From: Gammaproteobacteria bacterium
GTDB taxonomy: Bacteria > Pseudomonadota > Gammaproteobacteria > JASBUN01
Length of the DNA stretch: 64,000 bases
Assembly (NCBI GenBank): GCA_030147845.1
Contig: JASBUN010000051.1
Coordinates: 33,146-97,145 of the forward strand
Reading direction: 5' to 3'
The number at the start of each line of letters is the position of its first letter. Position 1 is the first letter of the stretch. The notes beneath the pieces were generated by a model, which searched no databases, was not told the DNA's origin, and saw only the letters and a program-made list of their open reading frames with translations. A program made the position numbers and the translations under genes. This document shows positions 1 through 8,353 of the stretch, in pieces.

Positions 1-378
1 CTCAGGGGTGCACAACGCTCGGAGTGTTTCGCCCACAGGAAGGTCGATCGACCGTGGGGTAGCTACGATGCCATCGATCGCGGCGAACGGTTTCAAGTCA
101 AGCGCATCGTCGTCAATCCGGGCGCAGCGCTGTCTTTGCAGATGCATCATCACCGCGCCGAGCATTGGATCGTGGTGCAAGGCACGGCGCGCGTGGTGCG
201 CGGCGACGAGACGCTGTTGTTGACCGAGAATCAATCAACCTATATTCCACTTGGCGTCAAACATCGGTTGGAAAATCCGGGCCGCGTACCCTTGGAGTTA
301 ATCGAAGTGCAGTCGGGTTCCTATCTCGGCGAGGATGACATCGTACGCTTCGATGATACCTACGGGCGCCACCGATAA
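1..378 (+). CDS. manC: Mannose-1-phosphate guanylyltransferase/mannose-6-phosphate isomerase, C-terminal cupin part (5' truncated by window edge)
   Basis: Frame is open from base 1: [40 protein letters not shown]...[23 protein letters not shown], the classic ManC/CpsB/AlgA C-terminus. Confidence 0.93.
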   Translation, partial: LRGAQRSECFAHRKVDRPWGSYDAIDRGERFQVKRIVVNPGAALSLQMHHHRAEHWIVVQGTARVVRGDETLLLTENQSTYIPLGVKHRLENPGRVPLELIEVQSGSYLGEDDIVRFDDTYGRHR

Positions 379-616
379 CGCTCGGACATAACAACAAGAC
401 GTTTGAGATTGCGCGTGGCGCGCGCGCGGAGTGGCCGACTCGGCCCGATAGGGCGGGCGTGCCGCCGGTCTGGGTTATACGTGTTCGAGTCAGAATGTGC
501 GGTCGCTATGGCCGGCTTACACTTTGTCTATATCGCGTGATCATGTTATTAGTCGTGCCCCGGTTGTGATGTCATTTGCTGCGCGCACCTGTATGCGCAG
601 CCGCGGCCACCGTCGA

Positions 617-634
617 TGTCGTTGCCTGACGACA
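617..634. promoter_or_regulatory. GlrR/QseF-type palindromic activator box
   Basis: TGTCGttgcctgaCGACA is a perfect TGTC-N10-GACA. Confidence 0.55.
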
Positions 635-1021
635 AAAATCCTAGCATTCTGTGATCATCGTTGCGCTCGTCCTGCGCGGCTATGTGCTGCGCCAAACCAG
701 GTCACATGCGTTGAACCGACGCGCCCGTCCAGCTCATGTGATGTTTGCGCCTGCAACGGTTGAGGCGCCGGCCACCGGGTCGATCGCTCCTCGGCCTGCG
801 CGCGTCGATCTATCCTCAAGGGACGCTGATACTGACCGCTATTACTACCAGGGACGCTTACGTTGGGCGACGCACGTTCGTCGAAGCAACGACGAGTTGT
901 ATGCGGGTGTGGCAAAAACATGGGCCGTGAGCGATTCGACACTGGTCAATTGATAGTCCCGCCAATCGGCCGAATTGCCGCTGCCGGATTCCGGTTTTGC
1001 GAATGATTTTGGAGTGCAGCG

Positions 1022-1564
1022 ATGAATGTAAGGTGGGTAGTTGCTCTATTTTTCTTGGGGTTCGCGCAAGTGAGTTGGAGCGCCGGTTCCGAAACTACGG
1101 TACCGATGGCGAAGCAAGGCGCGGCCACCTTCTATGTGGGTGGAAACGTAGCCGGCTTGGGCGCGACCCACTTCATGGTCGATACCGGCTCAGGTTACAC
1201 GGTCATCAATAAAAAGGTGTTGGAAGAAATTGTTGCAGGCGGCCATGCAACCTATTTGCGTAAGCTGCAAGGCATAATGGCGGACGGTTCGAGCCTCGTA
1301 GTTTCGGTTTACCGCGTCGATGAGATCAATATCGGTGGTAATTGCGTCATACGCGATGTCGAAGTGGCCGTGTTACCGCGCGCGCGTCATCCGATATTGG
1401 GTTTAAGCGCGCTGCAAAAGGTCGCGCCATTTGTGTTTTCCGTTGATCCACCGAATCTCCATCTGAGTAATTGCCAGGCTGTCCGCAGCGCGAGTAAAAA
1501 CCCGAGCGCCTCGACCACCATTGCGCGCGCCGAAGATTCCGATTCGGCACGCGTCGAACCTTAG
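1022..1564 (+). CDS. Secreted retropepsin-like (clan AA) aspartic protease
   Basis: Signal peptide; FMVDTGSGYTVI catalytic DTG motif; C-terminal ILGLSAL motif. Confidence 0.88.
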   Translation: MNVRWVVALFFLGFAQVSWSAGSETTVPMAKQGAATFYVGGNVAGLGATHFMVDTGSGYTVINKKVLEEIVAGGHATYLRKLQGIMADGSSLVVSVYRVDEINIGGNCVIRDVEVAVLPRARHPILGLSALQKVAPFVFSVDPPNLHLSNCQAVRSASKNPSASTTIARAEDSDSARVEP

Positions 1565-1587
1565 CGCTGAATCGGAAGCCGCTCTCC

Positions 1588-1605
1588 CGTCGTTCCATAA
1601 CGACA
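1588..1605. promoter_or_regulatory. GlrR/QseF-type activator box
   Basis: CGTCGttccataaCGACA has one mismatch to TGTC-N10-GACA and lies about 140 bp upstream of a sigma54 promoter. Confidence 0.6.
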
Positions 1606-1745
1606 CGAAGATTATCTATTAAATCCGGAACGTACGGAATCTGCCGGTATTCGCGTAGCCATCGGACAACGCTTTCTCCGGCGTGTTAACCGGCGCTATG
1701 CGATAACCTCCTGATCGTAACCAATTAAATAAATTATCCGGTGAT

Positions 1746-1761
1746 TGGCACGACGGTTGCA
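1746..1761 (+). promoter_or_regulatory. sigma54 (-24/-12) promoter of the EF-hand gene
   Basis: TGGCACgacggTTGCA is an exact match to TGGCAC-N5-TTGCW; an AT-rich tract lies just upstream. Confidence 0.85.
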
Positions 1762-1852
1762 CTATCTTTTAGTGTCCAGGCCTTATGCATCTGCCGGGCT
1801 TGTTAAGGGTAGTTCAACGCTTTTAGACATATGGATATCACAGGAGAATATT

Positions 1853-2215
1853 ATGAAAACCAAACTGGCAATCGCAGCCTTCGCTTCCATCGTTTCTGTA
1901 GCGGCTTGGGCAAGCGGTCCGACCGGCTCGACCAGCGGCGCCGCCGAAAGCGGATCCAGCGCATCGAGCGCGAGCGAAAATGCTCAGTTCCAGAAATTGG
2001 ATAAAAATCACGACGGCTATATCAGCAAGAGCGAGGCCAAGGCCAATCGAAATCTTTACAAGGAATGGAAAGAGGCTGATCGCAATCGTGACGGCAAACT
2101 GGACCAATCCGAATTCGCGCAATTCGAGATGGGTGGTGGTGCGAAGGGTAGCACCTCCGACCATATGGGTAACGGCATGAAGGGCAATACGCCGGATCAC
2201 GACCGTACCCGATAG
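1853..2215 (+). CDS. Small secreted EF-hand calcium-binding protein
   Basis: SD CAGGAG before ATG 1853; signal peptide MKTKLAIAAFASIVSVAAWA; EF loops DKNHDGYISKSE and DRNRDGKLDQSE. Confidence 0.88.
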   Translation: MKTKLAIAAFASIVSVAAWASGPTGSTSGAAESGSSASSASENAQFQKLDKNHDGYISKSEAKANRNLYKEWKEADRNRDGKLDQSEFAQFEMGGGAKGSTSDHMGNGMKGNTPDHDRTR

Positions 2216-2251
2216 CACTCCTCCTGCCGACGCTATGTCGGCACCCCCGTT

Positions 2252-2290
2252 GCCCCCTCTGCGTATATGCGTCGAGGGGGCTGTTTTTTT
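2252..2290 (+). terminator. Rho-independent terminator after the EF-hand gene
   Basis: GCCCCCTC...GAGGGGGC stem followed by TGTTTTTTT. Confidence 0.8.
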
Positions 2291-2513
2291 GTGAATAACG
2301 GTTTCTGCCGGCTGCCTGTGCGATGCTCATGCGATGAAATTTGGCCGAGCCGCCTATTGTCGATGACCGGCAAGGCGAAGCAATGCGCCTCACAGGTTGA
2401 AATCATACTCGTATCCGCTAGCCAAGTGATGTGCGGCAGGTTGCCGCGGTGGCAGGCGCTGGTTGGGGAATATCGCGACGGCCGCAAGTTCGACGGCCGC
2501 CGCGATGTTTTCC

Positions 2514-3773
2514 TTAGAACTGCACTCGCACGGTGCCGGAAATCATGTTGTAGTCGTAACTGGCGGTGTTTACGTTAGAATCGCGGATACCGCGTTCATA
2601 AGCGACTTCGAGGCGTGTATTACGCCACGGCATGTAACCGGCGCTCACTGTCGCGGCGCGCACATGATCACGCCGGAGGCTCGTGCCCGCAACCGACAAC
2701 CCGGGGTCGCCGAGGAATTTCCAACGCTCGTCGGTCAAGTTGAGTTGCAGTACGGTACGATAAGTTACCGCCCATGAAGCACCGGCGCTGACGCCGTCGG
2801 TCAATATATAGTTGGCGGCGACATAGGTGTAGGAACGTATTTCGCGGTAGCCGGACAAATGAAAGATAGTGCTCGCCAGCGGCGTCCATTTGTATTCTAA
2901 GTTATAGGTGCCGCCGCCGAAGTCACGCGCCGACACGTCATTGTGGACGCGACGGGTATAGCCTGCACGCCCTTCCACCAAGGACGCGGCCGTGACCGCC
3001 CAATGCACGGTACCGCTGACTTCATATTCGCGATAGCGGTTGTCGATCAATAGGCTGCGTACGACTTCCCGATTGGGGTAACTACCGTCGCTGACCTTCG
3101 CTTCGATACCCGCGGTATTATCCGCCGGTGTCACATACAGCAAGTCGGCGGTCCCAGTCGCGACACGATTGTCCAAAGTCGAACGTGAATCGGCGCTGTG
3201 AGTGTAGTGGTAGTAGTCGACCGCCCCTTGAACCTTCCAACGCGGATGGATCATACGCGCCGCGCTGGCGAAGGCGTGGTTCTCATCGATCAAGTCTTGT
3301 ACGCGGTCTTGCAGAGTGGCAAAACTGGATAGGTAGCGCCGATTTTGGTAGCCGACTTTGCCATTCCAGAGATTGCCTGCTTGCCAGTTCCAGGTTAGCG
3401 TGGCGTCGTGGCCGACGTAGTCGAGAAAGCCGAAACGCTGGAATTTGTGTTGAATGGCAGTGACATCGACGATCACATGTTGGCGACTGATCGGGATGTC
3501 GCCGCGCACGCGGGCGCCGGCACTGTATATGGTATCGGATCGTTCGGACGTACCCAGCACTGAGCGCGTGTCGGTGCTATCCGACAGGCGGAACAGATTG
3601 CTGTCATGAGTCACGTCGCCGATCGCATAAATATGCCACAAGTGGCCGTCCGGCGGCTCGGCCGGATAGGCCGGGAAACTGCCGTCGGCCGGCCATCGCA
3701 ATGGCTCGGCGGCGTGGGCTGAAAATGCAAGCGGTGCAAAAGCCGCTAGCAGGGGAAGTAGCATTTTGCGCAT
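2514..3773 (-). CDS. Outer-membrane beta-barrel protein, EpsL-like (exopolysaccharide/PEP-CTERM-associated)
   Basis: Signal peptide, HDSNLFRL motif, ISRQ motif, alternating beta-strand pattern, C-terminal Phe (VRVQF). Confidence 0.75.
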   Translation of the reverse strand: MRKMLLPLLAAFAPLAFSAHAAEPLRWPADGSFPAYPAEPPDGHLWHIYAIGDVTHDSNLFRLSDSTDTRSVLGTSERSDTIYSAGARVRGDIPISRQHVIVDVTAIQHKFQRFGFLDYVGHDATLTWNWQAGNLWNGKVGYQNRRYLSSFATLQDRVQDLIDENHAFASAARMIHPRWKVQGAVDYYHYTHSADSRSTLDNRVATGTADLLYVTPADNTAGIEAKVSDGSYPNREVVRSLLIDNRYREYEVSGTVHWAVTAASLVEGRAGYTRRVHNDVSARDFGGGTYNLEYKWTPLASTIFHLSGYREIRSYTYVAANYILTDGVSAGASWAVTYRTVLQLNLTDERWKFLGDPGLSVAGTSLRRDHVRAATVSAGYMPWRNTRLEVAYERGIRDSNVNTASYDYNMISGTVRVQF

Positions 3774-4069
3774 GTGATGTTCCTTCTTTTTCTGTTAATT
3801 GAATCGGCCACACGCAGCTCACTGAAGCGCGCCGATTTTGCCGACGCTGCGTTGCCATTTACACACTAAAAAAAGGCGTTTGCGGAGCGCAATTACCTCA
3901 ACATAAAAATATAGTCTCATTCATTCAAAATATTAGAGCCTATCGCATGGTCATAGCTGGAGGTGTCTGGCGCCCGCCGCGCGCTGAGATTGCGCGCGGC
4001 GCGAAATCGCGCGTCACGCGGGGGACGTCCTGTGCGCCATGCGCCTTTACATTGTCTTCCAGCGTTGTC

Positions 4070-5437
4070 TTAAGTGCCGCTGTTACCCCGGAATAGTTCT
4101 GGATCGAGATGGTGGCGGTTGAGTAATTTATAAAATTCCGTCCGATTCCGCTGCGCCAAGCGCGCCGCTTGGGTGACATTGCCTTCCGTCATTTGCAGTA
4201 GACGCACCAGGTAGTCGCGCTCAAACCGATCGCGGGCCTCCGCGAACGACAGCAGATCGCCAGGCTTGTCGCGCAACGCCTTTTGCACTTGGGCTGCGGG
4301 AATTAACGAGCCGGTGGCGAGAATGAAGGTTTGTTCGACGACATTCAGCAACTGCCGGACATTTCCCGGCCACGGGGCGGCGACCAATTGTTCCATCGCT
4401 TCGGGAGCAAAAGCTTTTTGGCTTTGCTTATTGCGTGCCGCCAGTTCACGTAAGAAATGCGCTGCCAATAGCGGTATATCTTCCCGCCGCTCGCGCAACG
4501 GCGGGAGTTCAAGCAATACCACATTGAGGCGATAGTATAGATCTTCGCGAAATGCGCCTTCGGTAATGGCGTGCTCGAGATCGCGGTGAGTGGCGGAGAT
4601 TACGCGCACGTTTACCGCTTCTGTATGCGTCGCGCCTACCGGGCGGACCTCCTTTTCCTGCAGCGAACGTAGCAGCTTGGCTTGAAACGCCAGCGGCATG
4701 TCGCCTATTTCGTCAAGAAACAATGTGCCGCCGTCAGCAGCGACGAAAAGCCCTTTATGGTTGCCGGTTGCGCCGGTGAATGAGCCTTTGACGTGGCCAA
4801 ACAACTCCGACTCGAGCAGTTGCTCGGGAATGGCGCTACAATTCACCGCGATGAAAGGCTCGTCGCTGCGTTGACTGGCGCGATGTATGGCTCTCGCCAA
4901 CAGTTCTTTGCCGGTGCCGCTCTCGCTTTGGATCAATATGCTGGTGTCGCTTTCCGCTACCCGGCGGGCGCGGCCGAGAAGCTCTTCCATTGCCGCACTT
5001 CGGCTTACGATGCCTTGGCGCCACTCCGTGCCATCCCCGGTATTGCCATTGTTCGCTCCCGACGCGTGAATCTGCAGGGCGCGCTGAATGCTGTTGAGCA
5101 GTTCCTTGCTATCGAATGGTTTGGTCAGATAGCCGAACACACCGCGCTGAGTGGCCGCTACGGCATCAGGTATGGTGCCATGTGCGGTAAGGATGATTAC
5201 CGGGATCATCGGATTGCGCTCGTGGATCGCTTCGAACAGCGCGAGGCCGTCCATGCCGTCCATGCGCAGGTCGCTGACCACCACGTCCGGTTGTAAACCC
5301 GCGAACTTACCGAGTGCGGCTTCGCCGCTCGATGCGGTGCTGACTTGATAGCCGGCCGCCGTCAATCGCATAGACAACAGTCGTAACAGGCCGGCATCGT
5401 CATCCACCAATAGGATATTCTCTTTTGTTTCGCTCAT
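4070..5437 (-). CDS. glrR: sigma54-dependent response regulator GlrR/QseF-like (REC-AAA-HTH)
   Basis: LLVDDD receiver; LTAHGTIPDAVAATQRGVFGYLTKP; ESGTGKE; GSFTGA; C-terminal GNVTQAARLAQRNRTEFYKLLNRH typical of GlrR. Confidence 0.9.
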   Translation of the reverse strand: MSETKENILLVDDDAGLLRLLSMRLTAAGYQVSTASSGEAALGKFAGLQPDVVVSDLRMDGMDGLALFEAIHERNPMIPVIILTAHGTIPDAVAATQRGVFGYLTKPFDSKELLNSIQRALQIHASGANNGNTGDGTEWRQGIVSRSAAMEELLGRARRVAESDTSILIQSESGTGKELLARAIHRASQRSDEPFIAVNCSAIPEQLLESELFGHVKGSFTGATGNHKGLFVAADGGTLFLDEIGDMPLAFQAKLLRSLQEKEVRPVGATHTEAVNVRVISATHRDLEHAITEGAFREDLYYRLNVVLLELPPLRERREDIPLLAAHFLRELAARNKQSQKAFAPEAMEQLVAAPWPGNVRQLLNVVEQTFILATGSLIPAAQVQKALRDKPGDLLSFAEARDRFERDYLVRLLQMTEGNVTQAARLAQRNRTEFYKLLNRHHLDPELFRGNSGT

Positions 5438-5449
5438 AAGTCTATACCG

Positions 5450-6088
5450 CTAATGCTTGAGGTCACGTCGATCCAGTTGTTCTTCGATCGCCTTTAGCTC
5501 ATTGAGTTTGTGCTGAAGCAGCGCGCGCTGAGCGCGTTCACCGTCCAGCGCTTTTTCGCATGCGCCGCGCGCCCAGCTTCTGTCGTTTAAATTCCAGAGC
5601 AAAAAACGCGCATAAGTTTGCAGAGAATCGCCAAGCTTGTTGTCGGATTGAAGCAAGCCCGTCAATAGGGTGCGTGCCCGTGATTCGTCGCGAAATGGAG
5701 CATTGGGCACGCTTAACAGTATGGCCAAATGCAGTTGGTCGAGTGGTGAGCCGCTGTCTTGCGACAGGCGATCCACCGATGGCTGCATCGATTTCAGGGC
5801 TTCTGCCGACTGGCTCCACAACCATGCGGAATACCGTACCAAGCTGGGTAGGTCATGCCGCACCGCCGGCGCCTTGATCGCCGCCGGGGCAGTCCTTGGT
5901 GCCGCCGCGGCGCCGGAAGTAGCCGTCGGCGTCTTTGTTTGCGGCGGTGGCTCGGACGGCCGCGGCTGTACGACCTCACAGGCACTGAGCGCGGCCAAGG
6001 TTACGCCTATCAATAACCGAACCAGCAGCCTATGACGCTGTATCCGTTTGTTCGTTATCTGCGGGAAGCGAAACCTGCAGCATCGCAC
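5450..6088 (-). CDS. qseG: QseG/YfhG-like accessory lipoprotein (start uncertain; GTG 6088 chosen)
   Basis: Lipobox LAALSAC, Pro/Ala linker, C-terminal coiled coil KLNELKAIEEQL; lies between kinase and regulator as in qseEGF. Confidence 0.7.
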   Translation of the reverse strand: MRCCRFRFPQITNKRIQRHRLLVRLLIGVTLAALSACEVVQPRPSEPPPQTKTPTATSGAAAAPRTAPAAIKAPAVRHDLPSLVRYSAWLWSQSAEALKSMQPSVDRLSQDSGSPLDQLHLAILLSVPNAPFRDESRARTLLTGLLQSDNKLGDSLQTYARFLLWNLNDRSWARGACEKALDGERAQRALLQHKLNELKAIEEQLDRRDLKH

Positions 6089-7484
6089 CTTGGTCGCGGG
6101 CAAAGACACGAATGTCTCCCCGGTGCGATCTGACGTATTCACGTGCGATTGAGAGTCCAAGTCCTGTTCCTTTCACGTGACCCCGCGCCTTGACGCGGCC
6201 TTGGAAGAAGGCCTCGAATACACGATCCCGGTCCTCGGGCGGGATGCCGGGACCTTCGTCCTGAACTTCCAGAATCACCATGTCGCCTTCGCGCCGCAAA
6301 CGCACCCATAGTTGTCCACTAAGAGGCGAAAATTTTACCGCGTTGGAGACGAGGTTATCCGTGACCGTACGTAATTTCTCCCGATCGCCGAGCACGGAGT
6401 TAGGTTCGATTTCTGTAATCAGTTGCAGCCGCTTGCTGCGCATGCCCAACTTGTGGTCGGCCAAAACGCTGCGGATGATCACTTCCATTTGCACCGAGCG
6501 CCGGCGCTCGATGCGTGGGCTCGTTGACTGCGTGACATTGAAGTTTAGCAGATCCTCGATGAGACTCTGCAGCTGCAGGCTATTGGTGCGCAGTAATCCG
6601 ACCACTTCCGCCTGCTCTTCATTTAGGGGTCCGACCAAGCGTTCGTTGAGTAGCTCAGCGCCTTCACGGATGGTGGTCAAGGGTGTTTTGAGTTCATGCG
6701 ATAAATGCCGCAAGAACATAATTTTTTGGTTTTCCAGTTCGAGCAGGCGGGTCCGCATCCAGTCCAGGCGCCTACCCAACTCTTCCAGGTCGCGTGGACC
6801 CTCGACGACTACCGGAGTGGTGAATTCGCCCGAGCCCAGTCGCCGAATCGATTGGTCGATTTGCCGCACCGGACGCGCGATCAAATAGATAAACAGTGCG
6901 CTGAGCGCAAGCGCCGCCGGAACCAGCGCCAGTGTTTGCCACGCCATCAACTGCTGCGCTTGGTTGGCGGCTTGCTGTAAGGTTTCGACGCCCGTGGTAA
7001 CCAGCTCGCCGCTTTCGCGCTGGATCATATGCGCATCCTCCGCCAGGGCGGAGAACTGTTTCATGGTATCGTCAAGCTGCGGATCGGTCGGTTTGGCGGC
7101 CTTGGTGATGCTGTTGTAAATGCGCTGCTCGCCGGCCACCAAGCGTGTCAAGCGTGCGCGTTGGTCGGCGCTAAGCTTCAGGCTCTGTAGCTGTTGAACG
7201 GTGCGTAGAAGTTCCTGGCGGCGGCTAACGTATACCTTAAACAGACTCGCGTCGCCTAGTACGTGATACTGGCGCGCATTGCGTTCCATGGCGGTTAGCT
7301 CTTCGCCCAGCATCTGACTGGCGCGCACGTTACGGGCTGCGTCGTAGACCGTGCGTTGACCCTGCTGAGTGACTCTATCGACATAAAATGCGGCCGTGAT
7401 CAGGGCCACGATAAGCGGCAACGTCGCTAGCGCAAAGCCAAGCAGGATCAGTCGGAGGATGGAGCGGGGCCGGTAGCGCTTCAT
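6030..7484 (-). CDS. glrK: Sensor histidine kinase GlrK/QseE-like
   Basis: RPRSILRLILLGF N-terminus, two TMs, HAMP (GPRDL), FLRHLSHELKTPL H-box, NAVKFSP, DEGPGI, GTGLGL. Confidence 0.9.
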   Translation of the reverse strand: MKRYRPRSILRLILLGFALATLPLIVALITAAFYVDRVTQQGQRTVYDAARNVRASQMLGEELTAMERNARQYHVLGDASLFKVYVSRRQELLRTVQQLQSLKLSADQRARLTRLVAGEQRIYNSITKAAKPTDPQLDDTMKQFSALAEDAHMIQRESGELVTTGVETLQQAANQAQQLMAWQTLALVPAALALSALFIYLIARPVRQIDQSIRRLGSGEFTTPVVVEGPRDLEELGRRLDWMRTRLLELENQKIMFLRHLSHELKTPLTTIREGAELLNERLVGPLNEEQAEVVGLLRTNSLQLQSLIEDLLNFNVTQSTSPRIERRRSVQMEVIIRSVLADHKLGMRSKRLQLITEIEPNSVLGDREKLRTVTDNLVSNAVKFSPLSGQLWVRLRREGDMVILEVQDEGPGIPPEDRDRVFEAFFQGRVKARGHVKGTGLGLSIAREYVRSHRGDIRVFARDQGAMLQVSLPADNEQTDTAS

Positions 7485-7713
7485 ATCGAATAGTGCAATT
7501 CGCGGCCGCCAATGTAATTTAGCGGCGCTTCGACTTACCCATGTTTCATTGGCCGAACGAGTGTGCATGTTAGCATACGCTACGCTGCCATCCGCGGCTG
7601 CCGTCTTGTTGCGGTTGAACCTCTCCGATTCGGCCCACCAGCCTATGCGCATGAAAGCCTGTCGGAGGGGGCAGCGAGTTGGCGTCGCAGTATCGGGCAT
7701 CGGTCATGATTCC

Positions 7714-7748
7714 GCCCTGCATACCCGCCGAAAGGCGGGCGGCAGGGC
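7714..7748 (-). terminator. GC-rich hairpin just after the small lipoprotein gene
   Basis: GCCCTGC-ATA-CCCGCC-GAAA-GGCGGG-CG-GCAGGGC nested stem; no clear U-tract. Confidence 0.45.
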
Positions 7749-7761
7749 TGGCGCCGGTCGG

Positions 7762-7968
7762 TTAGCTGCCCGAGCCATTGTGCGGCTGGCCGGCTGGTGG
7801 TGGCGTGGTGCTGCCACCGGGCGCCATGGGTGCACCACCAGGTGCGGCCGGCGGCGCCTGTTCCTGGGTCGCGCCGCTGCCGTTGGTCGATGGCGCCGGA
7901 TGGTCGTTACAGGCGGTAAGACCGGCGGCAGCCAGGGCGATGGTGAGCGCTATCAGTGGTGTTTTCAT
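7762..7968 (-). CDS. 68-aa Pro/Gly/Ala-rich lipoprotein
   Basis: SD GAGGAG; MKTPLIALTIALAAAGLTAC lipoprotein signal; low-complexity mature part. Confidence 0.8.
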   Translation of the reverse strand: MKTPLIALTIALAAAGLTACNDHPAPSTNGSGATQEQAPPAAPGGAPMAPGGSTTPPPAGQPHNGSGS

Positions 7969-8164
7969 AACGATTTCTCCTCGGTCGGCGTTACTGCTGT
8001 GGCGTGTGGTGAGTGGCTGTTTACTCCCAGCCGGTGAGCGATGAGCAGTGCGTTGCTCGTCCATGTCCTTTCGCTGATTCCCGGCTCCTACGGCCCTTAA
8101 CAAAACGGTTACTCGGGCGCTGTTGGATTGAATATGCTCGCTCCTGCGTTCCTGGTTGTTACCG

Positions 8165-8180
8165 TGCAGGCTTTGTGCCA
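8165..8180 (-). promoter_or_regulatory. sigma54 promoter upstream of the small lipoprotein and glrK
   Basis: Minus strand TGGCACaaagcCTGCA; AT-rich IHF-like tract at about 8181-8213. Confidence 0.8.
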
Positions 8181-8266
8181 TAAAATAAAAAGGTATATAT
8201 TTCAGTGGATTAAGCTAGATCGACGGGAAAGGCATTACCCCCGGGCCGAACAAACGTAGCCGATGT

Positions 8267-8352
8267 TGTCGCTGTCAGGTGACTACGGTCATGGGCGCGT
8301 GGCCTAATCCCATGAATTTGCGTGGCTTTAAATGTGTCGCTGTTGTGCGACG
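8267..8352. promoter_or_regulatory. Pair of GlrR/QseF-type activator boxes
   Basis: TGTCgctgtcaggtGACT (8267-8284) and TGTCgctgttgtgcGACG (8335-8352), about 90-170 bp upstream of the sigma54 promoter. Confidence 0.7.
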
Positions 8353-8353
8353 C

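Noticed and set aside
910..925. sigma54 promoter TGGCAAAAACATGGGC for the aspartic protease
   Set aside because: Spacing is off by one and there is no TTGC element
651..953. 100-aa ORF as a gene
   Set aside because: GTG start without SD and no recognisable motif; left uncalled
3858..4051. TTTACA PEP-CTERM-type boxes upstream of the EpsL-like gene
   Set aside because: Only hexamer matches, with no sigma54 core or partner half-site
7485..7700. Long N-terminal extensions offered by the ORF track (glrK, EF-hand, hdfR, Slp, invertase, binding protein)
   Set aside because: Downstream starts fit the SD, signal peptide or family N-terminus better; some extensions run through promoter sequences
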